A stretch of 64,000 nt of DNA from Ruditapes philippinarum (lineage: Eukaryota): positions 124,001-188,000 of the forward strand of contig NW_026867385.1 of the NCBI RefSeq assembly GCF_026571515.1. Reading direction: 5' to 3'. Position 1 is the stretch's first letter; each line of letters begins with the position of its first letter. The translations under genes were made by a program, and so were the position numbers. Below the pieces are notes generated by a model. The model did not search any database. It saw nothing but the letters and a program-made list of their open reading frames with translations, and was not told where the DNA came from. Positions 41,587 through 53,600 of this stretch are shown in pieces.

Positions 41587-44500
41587 AGATTCCTCGCGTA
41601 TTTATTGAAAAGGGATTGATTATAATGAAATTATTTTCCTGTAACAGTGATAATAAATACGGTAATGATTAGAAGAAGTCTCATCAGTCAATAAATAACA
41701 CATTAATAGCCTTAATAATGTGTATGAAAAATATTTAGAACACATAATTGTACAAAAGAATACGTAACCGATATGTTGGCTGTCTAGAATTGCGTTTATA
41801 CAGACACATTAAAACATTAACGTGTTCCCATTTGTATAATGTTTTTCTCTGCTGCGTAACACTACACTGTACAATATAAACATTCGTACTTTAGGAGTTT
41901 TTATGACCTGAATGAATTCCATTGACTGCACGTACACCGCTGCAGCGATCGATACGCGTACCAATACTTTCAATCAGCGCAAAAAGGACTGCATGATGAC
42001 GTAAGTCCACTAGTTTTTTTAATAAGTACACCAGCTCCAATAAACATGTCACGCTCTTTTGCGTTCTAGAAATTCCACTTACGAATGTTTAGACGTTCTG
42101 ATAAAATAAAAGTATGATTGAAAAGATCAGACCAGCAATTTCTTTGTTTTTATATTCTACTGGAGAGAGTTGTATAAGAAGTTATTTTATTTTACAAATA
42201 TGAAATAATTTTAAAAAAAATTTCAGCAAAGTACTCAACTGCTGTTGAAGCATGTTTCTTCATATATTTTGCTATGATTTCTAATATTAACAAATATCAC
42301 TACTTTGTACTTTACTTTGATGTTAATCCGATAAAAGAAAACCTAATCCAAATTTATACCCTGAAAGTAGGAAAGTAATGACCAAGGGGAGAAAGCAATA
42401 TTCAACGTTACCTGTCGATTTTATGTTAACCAAAATAAAAATAATTCACTTACCTATAAAATGTAAATAAGTATAAAGAAATATTTACAAACAGACATTT
42501 AAAAAACATAATTGGGGTGAAGACCGTGCCCGGCACTTAATTACCACCACATACACTTTTTACAACATGACCGCCGACGCCTCCTGTTCTACTGATCTAC
42601 TTCAATTTTTATAATACAAAACAAAATGTCTGTAAAAGTCTAGTAAGAAGATACCCCTAGAGAGCAATTAAAATCTTTCAGACTTAAAGTTGCTAGAGCT
42701 TGTTTAATAAACAATAGTTCAACATACACGCTTTCTCCCACCTCCTCCTAAAATATTTAAAATAACACTTGTAAATCATACTTTTTTAAGTTTTGAAAAC
42801 ATCTTATGCATTAACCATATAAGGTGATTTTAAACAATTATGATATGAATAAACAGACATGTTAATCATTAAAGACGCTGACATTTACTGGAAGCAATGT
42901 CTGGCTGAGATAAATGTACCTGTTGTAGAAAAAACAATATCCACAATTTTCGTTTAAATGTCATAAGAAGATATATATTTCTTAATAAATTTTAATTTCT
43001 AAAAGGCAAATGGCAAATGTTATTAATTTCATGTCAATTGATGAAACAAATAATCTGAATATTAAAATAAATAAAGAAATGATAACTCAAAGACTTTGTT
43101 TTGAAGGTCATCATACATATAAAAAAATGTGGGCTTAAGGTTAGTGCATTTTGTCTTGTTTACATCGTTAATAAGCAATCATATAATGTTACTAAAGGTT
43201 AATGTTGCAGACAAAGACAACCTTTATCTACAATTATTATCTACCATTTGTATCGATTTACTCTTTTGGCTGGATAAATAAATGGTAAATAAATTCCAAA
43301 GACCTTTTTCTGATCTTCTAACCTGTTTACTTAGAAATTTGTATAATAAATAAAAGTCGCATTTTTTTCCAAGAAGTAGCTCGTCTCATCTTAAGGTGAA
43401 TGCTAAGATATTGTCATTAAACAAAAACAATCTCGAGCAAGGTTACTGCTCTTGATGTCTTTATTTTTTTCTTTCTTATGTTCATGGAATGTTACGTACT
43501 GCCACAAAATGATAACACTGCATTATTTGATACTAATTGATAACACATTACCAACAAATAACATTAAAATCAAAAGGACAATGACTTGTTTATATCTCAA
43601 AAGATCATTGCTCAACCGCCTAGATACATTTAAAATAAAAAGAAAGAAAATATGATATTACAAGTCACGTTTGGGTGATCATTGGAATTCTGAAATGTCA
43701 TCTGCTGAGTTAAAAGAAATGGCTATGACGTAGGTTTTGACATATTGCTGATTTCTGGAAAAAAAAATATTCCAATCTGTACAAAGCAATCAATCTTATC
43801 ATCAATAAGATTGTATTGTACTAATTGTAATACAAAATACAACGATGTCGATGAAACATTAAATGTGTTATGCTTTAGACTTTAGATTTCAAACATTTGA
43901 GTATAATACTGAGGGCTATCTTGAACACAACTGTTAGTCATGTAAAGATTTTTTCTTTTAAAATGTTTTGTTGATTAGAAAAGTAACAAGAATTTATATC
44001 TGATATTTTTGTAAAAGTTAAAGTATTTTACCAAAACTGAAAAAATGCCTTATTTCAATTCTATAAATGTATACTACTTAACATTTTTTTGCGTTAAAAG
44101 CCCCTTCCCCAAGAAGCAATATTCTTACCCGTGCAGTCTGACCAGGCCCTTGAACTTATATATTTTTGTATTTTGTTATTGAAATCCTTTTACTTTTTCA
44201 AATTGACTTTACCAAATACAAAGCAGGACAAATCCTAAACAGCAGATAAAAAGTAAACGGAGGAATTGATATGTACAATTGACCGATAAATAATATTTGT
44301 TTCTAGTATAAGTTTCGTATTATTTATATTCTTTTCATTGTTCTGTTCTATGTTTTACTCATTACACAACATTTGACACAATGAGTTTTTTTTTGTTGTA
44401 ACGTTAGAAAAATGTAAAAATTGTTTTGGATATACACATAAGTTTTAGTATAAAATATTCTGAAAAGGTATATAAAAAAGTTTTCAGCAAGGTTTTTAAG

Positions 44501-44639
44501 TGACCTTTTGTTAACATAAGCTCATTTTCAATTGAAATGGCGTTAGTATCGCTTCAGATAGAGATTAGTGTTCACATACATTCTCTGAATTAAGTTCGTA
44601 TAATCGATGCATTTACAACGAGCGACAAAAATACTGAAA

Positions 44640-44925
44640 TACATGCTTGGCGAATACTTGTACCATCGTCACATATCGTTAAACGACGAAACGCAATTGT
44701 TGAATCCCACAACTTCATTGAAACACGTTTACCAATACGATGGTACACTTTTAAACAACTGTTGCTACTGTCGAGATGAAACCTGAACTCATCCGTGAAA
44801 AAGAACACGTGCCCATTCCTGCTTCATGGAAAAATGTAACGCCTACAGCGGGCAAAACGTGCTTAATGATTATCTGGCTAGGAATAAGCACATATGGATG
44901 AACGTCTTGGACGTATGCCTCCTTT
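44640..44925 (-). pseudogene. Tc1 transposase remnant, U4 (best preserved)
   Basis: ORF 44590-44808 reads FFTDEFRFHLDSSNSCLKVYHRIGKR, matching Tc1-type LFTDESRF.L...DGR.RV.RR.GER. Confidence 0.85.
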
Positions 44926-46286
44926 AAAAAAAATCCGGAAATTTATGATTATCAAGGTCTATCTACATTGGAAATACATATAAGATCCGAATATGACGTA
45001 ATAAAATATTTGCCATTTCGTAAATTGGTGAGTGGCAGAAATGTTTCATTAATTACAATTGTACCATAAACTCTCTCATTTTTATTCTCCAATACCTACC
45101 GATTGAGCTATGGGGTAAAGTATCTTCTTTTTTTAACTTTGAACAGTAGGTCTGAGTTCGTGTTCCATTAGCCCATTTGAGAATCATGAACAAATTGATA
45201 TAAATGTATGTAACATATATTTTGATAAAATATTGCTTTCTATGAAAAGGATTGGCTTTGATAGTCTCCTGGGACAATGTCACCACTGCAAACAATGTGT
45301 GCTTTCTGTTTATCAGATCATTTAGTCAGACAGTCAAAAACTATCCCTTATCAAAATTTATTAATTGTATCAGGTCTTCCAGAAGGATTGGGTAGATATT
45401 TTAGGCGACTGGCGCTTAATGATATAACATATATATTATAATAAAAGTACTTTAAAAGAAAATATCACAGGATTGTTACTGTTCTCTATTAAGGATGGTT
45501 GCTAGAGAATATTTGTTTGTTTTTCATGTATTTGTTATCGAAGATATCATTTTACATTTATTGTATGTTAGCTGAGGCCCACATTGAAGATTGGGAGCCT
45601 CATTAAATAAAGGTGTCACATTCTCATTTTTTTATTGAAGAGCATATTCTGAACAGTTTTGCTATTTGCTGCAATGTCTCCATCTTGCAGCTTTAACGGG
45701 AAAATATTTTAAAGCGCTATTCATCTATTCAAAAGTGTGCATGAATTTTATCTATTACCAATACAAGGAAGCAGATTTCTTTATCAAGCCCAAGGTGTCT
45801 GATATAGCAAGATTACAACATACAAACGTACAAAATATATTATTACAATCCTTGGATATTTCTGTATCTACATTAGAAAAGTTAACAGTTCTCCAAGCAA
45901 ATAAGTTAATATCATCATGAGTAGACCAAGTAAATCATGGGCATTGGTCATTTGTATTAAGTTCAAGATTTATTTTTTGAGAACAACTTGAGAAAATAGA
46001 GCTATCAAATGGAAAAACTCGCCATGACAAACATTATGAAATATTACAAGATACTTTTGAAAGGATGTATGAGAATGTATTCATACATGACTAAATGCAG
46101 ATATTCAGATATTTCATTAAATATTTAAACAAAATGAATATGTATTTTTTTCAATGCGATGGAGTTATTTGTGAGTACGTAAAATCGTAAACATTGGTAA
46201 ATGTTAATATTAACAGAAGCCTTTTTCAGTTAGATAAAAGCAGTTCTAACAAGTTTTTGCAAGATTTACTAGTTTATCTATCTTTA

Positions 46287-47606
46287 AACAGAATGTGTTA
46301 GACTCACGTGACAGAATATGAGAATAACGTTTAGTTATTACGCAGTTAATAATAAAAGTAACATAGTAACATACCCTTTTGAAAAGTTTATAGAAATATT
46401 ACAGAAAAAGCCTGCAATCTCTAACATTTTCCCATTTTGTTTCGTAAATCGAAAATATCAAAATGTAGATACATTTCCTCCTATATACAACAAAGCCATA
46501 AAAAGAAATAAGAAATAAGCAAGAAATAAATAGCAACTAAACTTTATTATTATGATCATTAACAAACATTCAGGGATCTCATAGCCACTTAGTTCACTTT
46601 CTAAAAATTGTCCTGTTATTTTTCAACTATCTCGCATTTTCTGGGGATGCGGAGTTGGAGATTTTACACAAGCAAATTTAAAATCATTATTATATTTGAA
46701 GGATAAGCTGGGTATTTAAGACAGTTTAACAAATTCATTTTTACAATAACTGACGAAAGTTTGATGTAATTGTCCAAGACATTTTACAATATAACGTTAA
46801 TTCATTTATAGAGGTTAGTGTATAATATATTTTTGGTGGATTTTTTTTCTATATTTTTTACAGTCTCTTAATGTTTTGATTATGTAAAGGATTTCTTTTT
46901 TAACCACTCTCTTTGCTTTACTTGGAAAATTTAGAAAAAACAACAGAATGTTTTAGACTCACGTGACAGAATATGAGAATAACGTTTAGTTATTACGCAG
47001 TTAATAATAAAAGTAACATAGTAACATGCCCTTTTGAAATGTTTATAGAAGTATTACAGGAAAAGCCTGCAATCTCTAACATTTTCCCATTTTGTTTCGT
47101 AAATCGAAAATATCAAAATGTGACATGTAGATACATTTCCTCCTATATACAACAAAGCCATAAAAAAAATAAGAAATAAGCAAGAAATAAATAGCAACTA
47201 AACTTTATTATTATGATTATTAACAAAAATTCAGGGATCTCATAGCCACTTAGTTCACATTCTAAAAAATGTCCTGTTATTTTTCAACTATCTCTAAAGT
47301 TTTCTGAGGATGCGGAGTTGGGGATTTTACACAAGCAAATTTAAAATCATTATTATATTTGAAGGATAAGCTGGGGATTTAAGACTGTTAAACAAATTCA
47401 TTTTTACAATAACTGACGAAAGTTTGATGTAATTGTCCAAGACATTATACAATATAACGTTAATTCATTTATAGAGGTTAGTGTATAATATTTTTTGGGT
47501 CGATTTTTTTTAATATTTTTTTACAGTCTCTTAATGTTTTGATTATGTAAAGGATTTCTTTTTTTAACCACTCTCTTTGCTTTACTTGGAAAATTTAGTA
47601 AAACAA
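46287..47606. repeat. Two-copy tandem duplication, period ~655 bp, high identity
   Basis: AACAGAATGT.TTAGACTCACGTGACAGAATATGAG at ~46287 and ~46942. Near-identical chance ORFs at 46318 and 46973. Confidence 0.95.
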
Positions 47607-48902
47607 AACTATGAGGCAAAACGAACTTTGTACAAAAAACAACATTTTGATTCTTAGGATACTCTACCCGAAACAACTGATGTCGCTTATTAAAGCGGAA
47701 CATGTTTTGATATTTATATCCTACCCCAATGAACAAGGATGCTCCAAATTCTAAACATGGCAAAGCAATTTCACAAGTTCAAGTTCGGCTGGTTCAGGGT
47801 TAAAATAATAATTGTTATTATATCAAGATAAATTGCCCATGACATCACAAGAGTGGGATAAATGTGTTTAAGTAAAGTGCATCAATCTGGATATAATCAG
47901 CCTGTTTACATTAACGTTTGTATTTCAAAACCAATCAGTACACCTACAGCAAATTATTCATGAAAAGATAAGGTCAAAACCATCTTATGACCAGTTTAGA
48001 GTAGAAAATAATCGAAGATGGTGTTTAAAAATGGTTAGGTTGCCCACAGATGCGTTACTAAATTTAGCAGTTTCGTTACAACTTTCCATTAGAAAGACTT
48101 TCAATGGAATTATCCGCCCGTAAGGTTTGAGTAATCTCTTAGGATTAATTATCTAGAATATTAGTTATGTGATAAAATTATGAACAAATTATATCACTTA
48201 AATTGATAGTTTTATTTCGACATATGAATATGAAGCAGTTGAACCACCTTTGGCATGAAATGAGACACTGATAAATTTGTTTTCTGAATAATGATGCTAC
48301 TTGTATTGTTGTTGTAAAACATCGATCAGTTTTTGTACACATTTACAGTATCCGTCAATTTTGCCTAAATTTACAATAAATCAATCGATAAAGAAATATT
48401 TAAATACAAAATATTATGGTATATTTTTCTTAACACTATTTTGTTATCATTAAATATAAACAGAGTATAAATGACATCTACGGGACTTTTTTGAGCCTGT
48501 GATATAACATTCTTGGTTATAACATTCTGATTTTGAGAACTACTCGACATTTCGCGCAAATGTGGTAAAACAATCCTATTTTTGAGGAAAACACTATATT
48601 CTCTAATGTGGACATAGTAAATGGGTATACTTATAAATCGTTTAATAAATTAAGTAATAAAATAGGGAATAAAGAAGGTGTAAAAAGGGTGTAATTGAAG
48701 TAATTGTCCTGCATATTGTTATTCGTAATGTAACCAAGTTCAAAATACAAAAACTTATAACTAACCCAACACTTAGTGGATATTTCACATGAGAGTTGTA
48801 ACAGTTACAGTTACTTTGTAGTGTTATTATTATTTGTCTCCACACAAAGTAAGTGAACGTTTGCACAAACATCTGATAGGCTTCATTTTACACTCTCATA
48901 GT

Positions 48903-49188
48903 GGACCTCCGTGCCAGAGTAGTTTTAGAAGGTAAGAAGAAGTAGTTTAAGAAGCCGACTTCAAATCACTTGTCCCTAATTTCTTTAAAAGTAAATCCCG
49001 TCAGGGCCTTTGGATTTTTCATTTAAGGAAGCTATCCAACTATATTGTCGATTTGTTTACGTCTCTATTCGTAGCCCGCTTGTGACTGAAATAATGCAGG
49101 AAGAAATATAAAGTATTTCTCCAGCAGTAAAGCTGGAGAGTCACGTCATGACCTTTACAGTGTCGGCGTAAAATTAAAGAATCAAACT
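48903..49188 (+). mobile_element. Degenerate near-full-length tRNA-derived SINE
   Basis: tRNA-like head GGACCTCCGTGCCAGAGTAGTT...GACTTCAAATCAC; body GAAGCTATCCA...CCCGCTTGTGACTGAAATAATGCA; tail TAAAGCTGG...ATGACCTTTACAGTGTCGG. Confidence 0.7.
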
Positions 49189-49871
49189 TCAATATTTACA
49201 ATATTTAAAGCTCAAATCGTTCTTGTCTGTTTTTGAAACATATGGCTGTATCATTTATCACAAAACAATCGCTCGTAGAATATTATATACGTTCAAAATA
49301 GGCATATCTAGCATGTATCAAATATCAGCAACGTGATCATGTGAAGGCCATAATTAATCTAAGAGGATGACGTATTAGACATAGGCAAATATCAGATATA
49401 TGACACGTGCCATTATGAATATCCATAATTAAACCTATATCAAGTTAAATCTATATGGATAAAAATATAATCTGGATATAATATATTAAATATAGAAACG
49501 TGTAGCTGTTTATACTTGGAAATAATTAAGGCGGCTCCAAATACGAATTGTTTTACTTGTGACCAAACCATGAAGACATTAAGTAATTACAAAAGAAAAA
49601 AAAATCATATCCAGGAATAGCTAAGCTGTTGGGAATTTTTCTAGCTATATATTGTGGGGTTATTATATATGAGCACAATGCCGAATTCTATTTGACGAGT
49701 AAACAGCCGTCAAAACTATATTGGACGAGGTGCTTGCCGAGTGTGATCCCTCGCAAGTATTATTCACAGTAAAAAATACATAAAAATTGCTGACTCGGTT
49801 TTTATTGAGTCTAGAACAACCAAGAATGATTTGAAAAGGAGCCTGTTTGACCAAGATGAGTATAAATAGAA

Positions 49872-50620
49872 AACAAGAGGGCCATGGTGGTCCTGAAATC
49901 GCTCACCTTCATGACGAGGAACATATATAAGTGCTATTGTAATCTATAAACGAAAGCAGATATAAAATCTAAATCTAAAACTGATATCACAAAGTTCATA
50001 TTTGTATCTGAAATAGTGCATGTGTAAAAACATTACTGGTTGGCATTGTTTAGGAAAAACAACTGTTCCAATAGATGTGTACATATAAGAATAATCAAAG
50101 ACCCCCGGGACAGGGCCAATTTTGGCCCCAGAGCATTTATTTGAACAAACTTGGTAGACACTCACTAGAAGATGTTCCGTGCTTAATATCTAAGCTCTAG
50201 CTTTTGGGTTTTTTTAAAAGAATATTTTTGTTTGTTTTTACTATATACATATGTATAGAAAATCAATGACCCCTGGGGCAGGCCAATTCTGACCCAGGGC
50301 TTTTAATTGAACAAATTTGGTAGAAATTCACTAGAACCTGATTCATGCTTAATATCTAAGCTCTAGCTCTATGGGTTTTATTAAAAGAAGACATTTTAAG
50401 TTTTTTCTTTCGGTAGCCGTGGCAACCAGAGTTTTGCATGGAATTAAATTATTTGAACATTTTTAAAGGTGACTACAAGAGGAACATTCCTGTGAAGTTT
50501 GGATGAGATTGGCTAAGCGGTGTATGATGAGATATCGTTTAAAGTAAAAGTTTATAGACGGACGACAGACGAAAAGCGATCACAAAAGCTCACAATGTCA
50601 CTTTGTGACAGGTGAGCTAT
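49872..50620 (-). mobile_element. Non-autonomous Helentron-associated (DINE-1/pearl-like) element with internal ~168-bp tandem repeats
   Basis: Minus strand: subTIR AGCTCACCTG with inverted GTGAGCT, GTCC/GTCT microsatellite, two core repeats (GACCCC.GGGG...GAACAAA.TTGGTAGA...AATATCTAAGCTCTAGC at ~50100 and ~50268), 3' GGTGAGCGA, short hairpin GGACCACCATGGCCC and TCTTGTT end. Confidence 0.85.
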
Positions 50621-53600
50621 AAAGTTTGAGTTTTGGGTTTTAGGAATATTAAATAGACTTCGCATGTGTATATAGAATAATACAGAATAGATAAAACACA
50701 TTAGTATGGTGAGTGAACGACATGATTTGACAGAACTTACCACATGGGAAGAGTCAATGAGTGATTCTACAAAAAATGATTAATGTATTTTCTATCCAGA
50801 AATTATAAAATTTTCTTTATTTATATATATGTATAAAACTTTTTCTCTCTAAATGCAAAGCATCATGAAGGTCCAACAATAACCGTTTTCCATTATGTAT
50901 TGTGATTCGTTTTATACATGTTAAAAGATTGCTAATGTTATGGGGGGCTTCCTTTGTGGGACTTTTGCATATATTGAAAAAAATAATTTTGTTCAGTCTT
51001 ATTTGATTTAATCAAGTGTTTCATCTCAATGACAGTCATGTATTTAATGAATTCTTTGCAATACTTGGTAAGAACGTTAAACAAAATACAAGGATTTCTA
51101 TTTCTTGGCGTATAATGAAAAATAAAAATGTCTTGCCGCATACATGCTTCCTCATTTAACAAGTATTTGCCTAAGCCAAACCAAATTATAATTTAGAAAG
51201 AAGTATAGCAACATATCACACACAAAAATTAACAGATTTCATCAAAACATATTTGTTAGCATAATAAAAACCAGATATCAGCAAATGATATCATCGCTTT
51301 TATTTACTTTACAATTGCGTCAAGCATTTATTCCTATTTTTAGTGAGTATTTTGATGATAATTACACGCGAAAAATAATAAAAATGTTAACGACGTAAGA
51401 TTATAACTGTTTGTCATGAATATATATTTTTTCATTGATATAAATGATGCGCACATCATAAAACGTATAATTACTAACAACATCATTATCTCCCTATTAG
51501 TAAACTATCCGCACAATCCGCTCACGCATACATCTCATTTGTTATAACAATTGTGAAAAAGCAAACGTTTTTCATTCATAGAAATAGGGCATTTTTCACT
51601 CTCTCACACGCTTAACTATTCATAGCACTGTTTATAATTATATTTGGCAACTATCACCAATATACCTCCGCTGGTGGCTGATAAAAATAACTATTTACCT
51701 GTCTAGTGACGTCACACACATATAGGCTAACATAAACATTTACAACAGGTATATCACTGATGACGTATGTATACACTGTTACAAAGAGAAACAACTATCT
51801 GACAGATTTATCGCTCTAATAAATTACACCGCCTTATTAACGCGTACCTATGATGCAAACATATCGTAACATCTGATACATTCATTGTTATATTTTGATA
51901 TAGTTTTTAATGGTTTACAAAGTAATGTTTTGAACGTTGATTTATGTACTTGCACTCAATTACTATCATAGAAATAGTAGAATAAATAAGTGTTGATATG
52001 ATAAAAGAATTTACAACAATCATCGCTTTTATTAACAATTCCAAGCGTTAAAATGTCTCGGCGGGATGGTCCTTCAATCTATAAATGAAATACTTCAATC
52101 TATATCATGGACAGGTGTTATCCCTCAAGAACAATTAGGTTGAAAATCGCAGACTGAAATAAAAGAGCCTTGTTTTTTTAGAGATTACAGAGCGTTCACC
52201 ATCTCTCGTATCCCCATACCCCAGTTTCAGCCTTTACTCATTTATTTCAGTCATCAACACTCAAGATATTGGAATCAATCCTTAAAAACCAGAAAATTAT
52301 ACCGGTAATCAGTTGATACTTGAGGCAACATATTCAGAACATCATTAAACACCTACTGCTATGAGTATAAAAGTTGTGCAGGAAAGCAATAAAAACAAAA
52401 CACAAATATTTTAAAATCACAGTCTTGATTTCAATGAGTATACTAAAAATAGAAAGAGCAATATTTTTTACGCCCCTTAGCACTTTTGTATGTAGTAATT
52501 TATTCTCAACAATTTCAATTTCAGAAATGAAGGTCCAGAAAACATATAACAAAACAACGTGACGTTAGTTTTGTTTGGATTTTATTGAGCATCTTTTCCA
52601 TTTAAACATTCCATAAAATTTATATAACACTTTAAATAGAATTGTTTATATTATATAAAATAAAAACTAGTTCAATAAAAAAAGATACAATCTTTTCTGG
52701 AAACAATGAATAATTATCTCAAAGTTTATCAAATTCCAAGTATGAAGGGGTTTAACCTCTCTTTATCAAGTTGCTGTTTATTTTCTGAATCACATTTTAA
52801 TCTTCCCTTTTCTTACACCAAGTTATTTACAAAAACAAAATCAAGATCAAATCAAATGTATTAAAATTGCATTCTGAAATATCAAACAAACTTTGCAGAC
52901 TTCGTATCTTGTCAGGTAGATCAAAGCCTTTCCATCCCCCTAGTCAAGTTCGTGACGTATTTTTAATTCTTTGGATAAAAATCTGCCAATTAAGCCAATT
53001 AAATTCTAAGTTATTAAAACACTTTTTGTTAACGTAATTGGTACGTGAACTAAGTTATATTTAAATATGAATTGCAAACTTGGGTCGTAAACTGTACTTA
53101 CAAATTAGAATAATTTATGCTGATGAACAGCCATTTATTTTAATTTATTTTACGACTTTTTCGTGCAATAAATAATTCCCTCAAGCGAATGCCTCAGGAT
53201 AAATCAAGACTTTGTGTTATCGTTACGGATTTTTCCTTTTATGGTCATGAATAAAAAGAAGATCTTAATCTAAAATTCATATCAGCGCCGACGTTAGCTA
53301 ACGTCCCATTGAACTATAAACACGAGCAATGTTGTTAAATTTGTTTGACGTGTTGTTTTTAAAACAGCACCACTCCCACGTGCAAAAGCCATGATATTAC
53401 AGTTTTATTTCTGTTTAAGCATTCTACGTAACGCCCGTGTACATTTGAAAAACTGAAATTAAAATATCATCATCGGAGAAAATGTTATTCCGTGCAACAA
53501 AAATGTCTTTGACATTTGTAGGAGAACATTGGGGGAAAAGGTCGTACAAGTATTAACGATTTAAATGATACCTTTGAAAATAATAAAATATAAAGAAACA

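Larger units (their letters stand above)
39373..45250. repeat. Young tandem array, unit U4 (5' ~1.9 kb missing; 3' end more diverged)
   Basis: Resumes at CATTGATATTAGGTACGGAATG (equivalent to ~33877). Homology ends at TTGCTTTCTATGAAAA (~45250), the same register at which U1 starts. Confidence 0.9.

Noticed and set aside
22508-43655. Recurring ORFs containing LKRSLLNRLDT (22508, 30238, 37867, 43452)
   Set aside because: They recur only because the DNA is duplicated. Starts, lengths and frames differ between copies, and there is no domain resemblance.
10251-43758. CRISPR-like interpretation of the repeated module
   Set aside because: Eukaryotic context, kb-scale homologous spacers and no cas genes.
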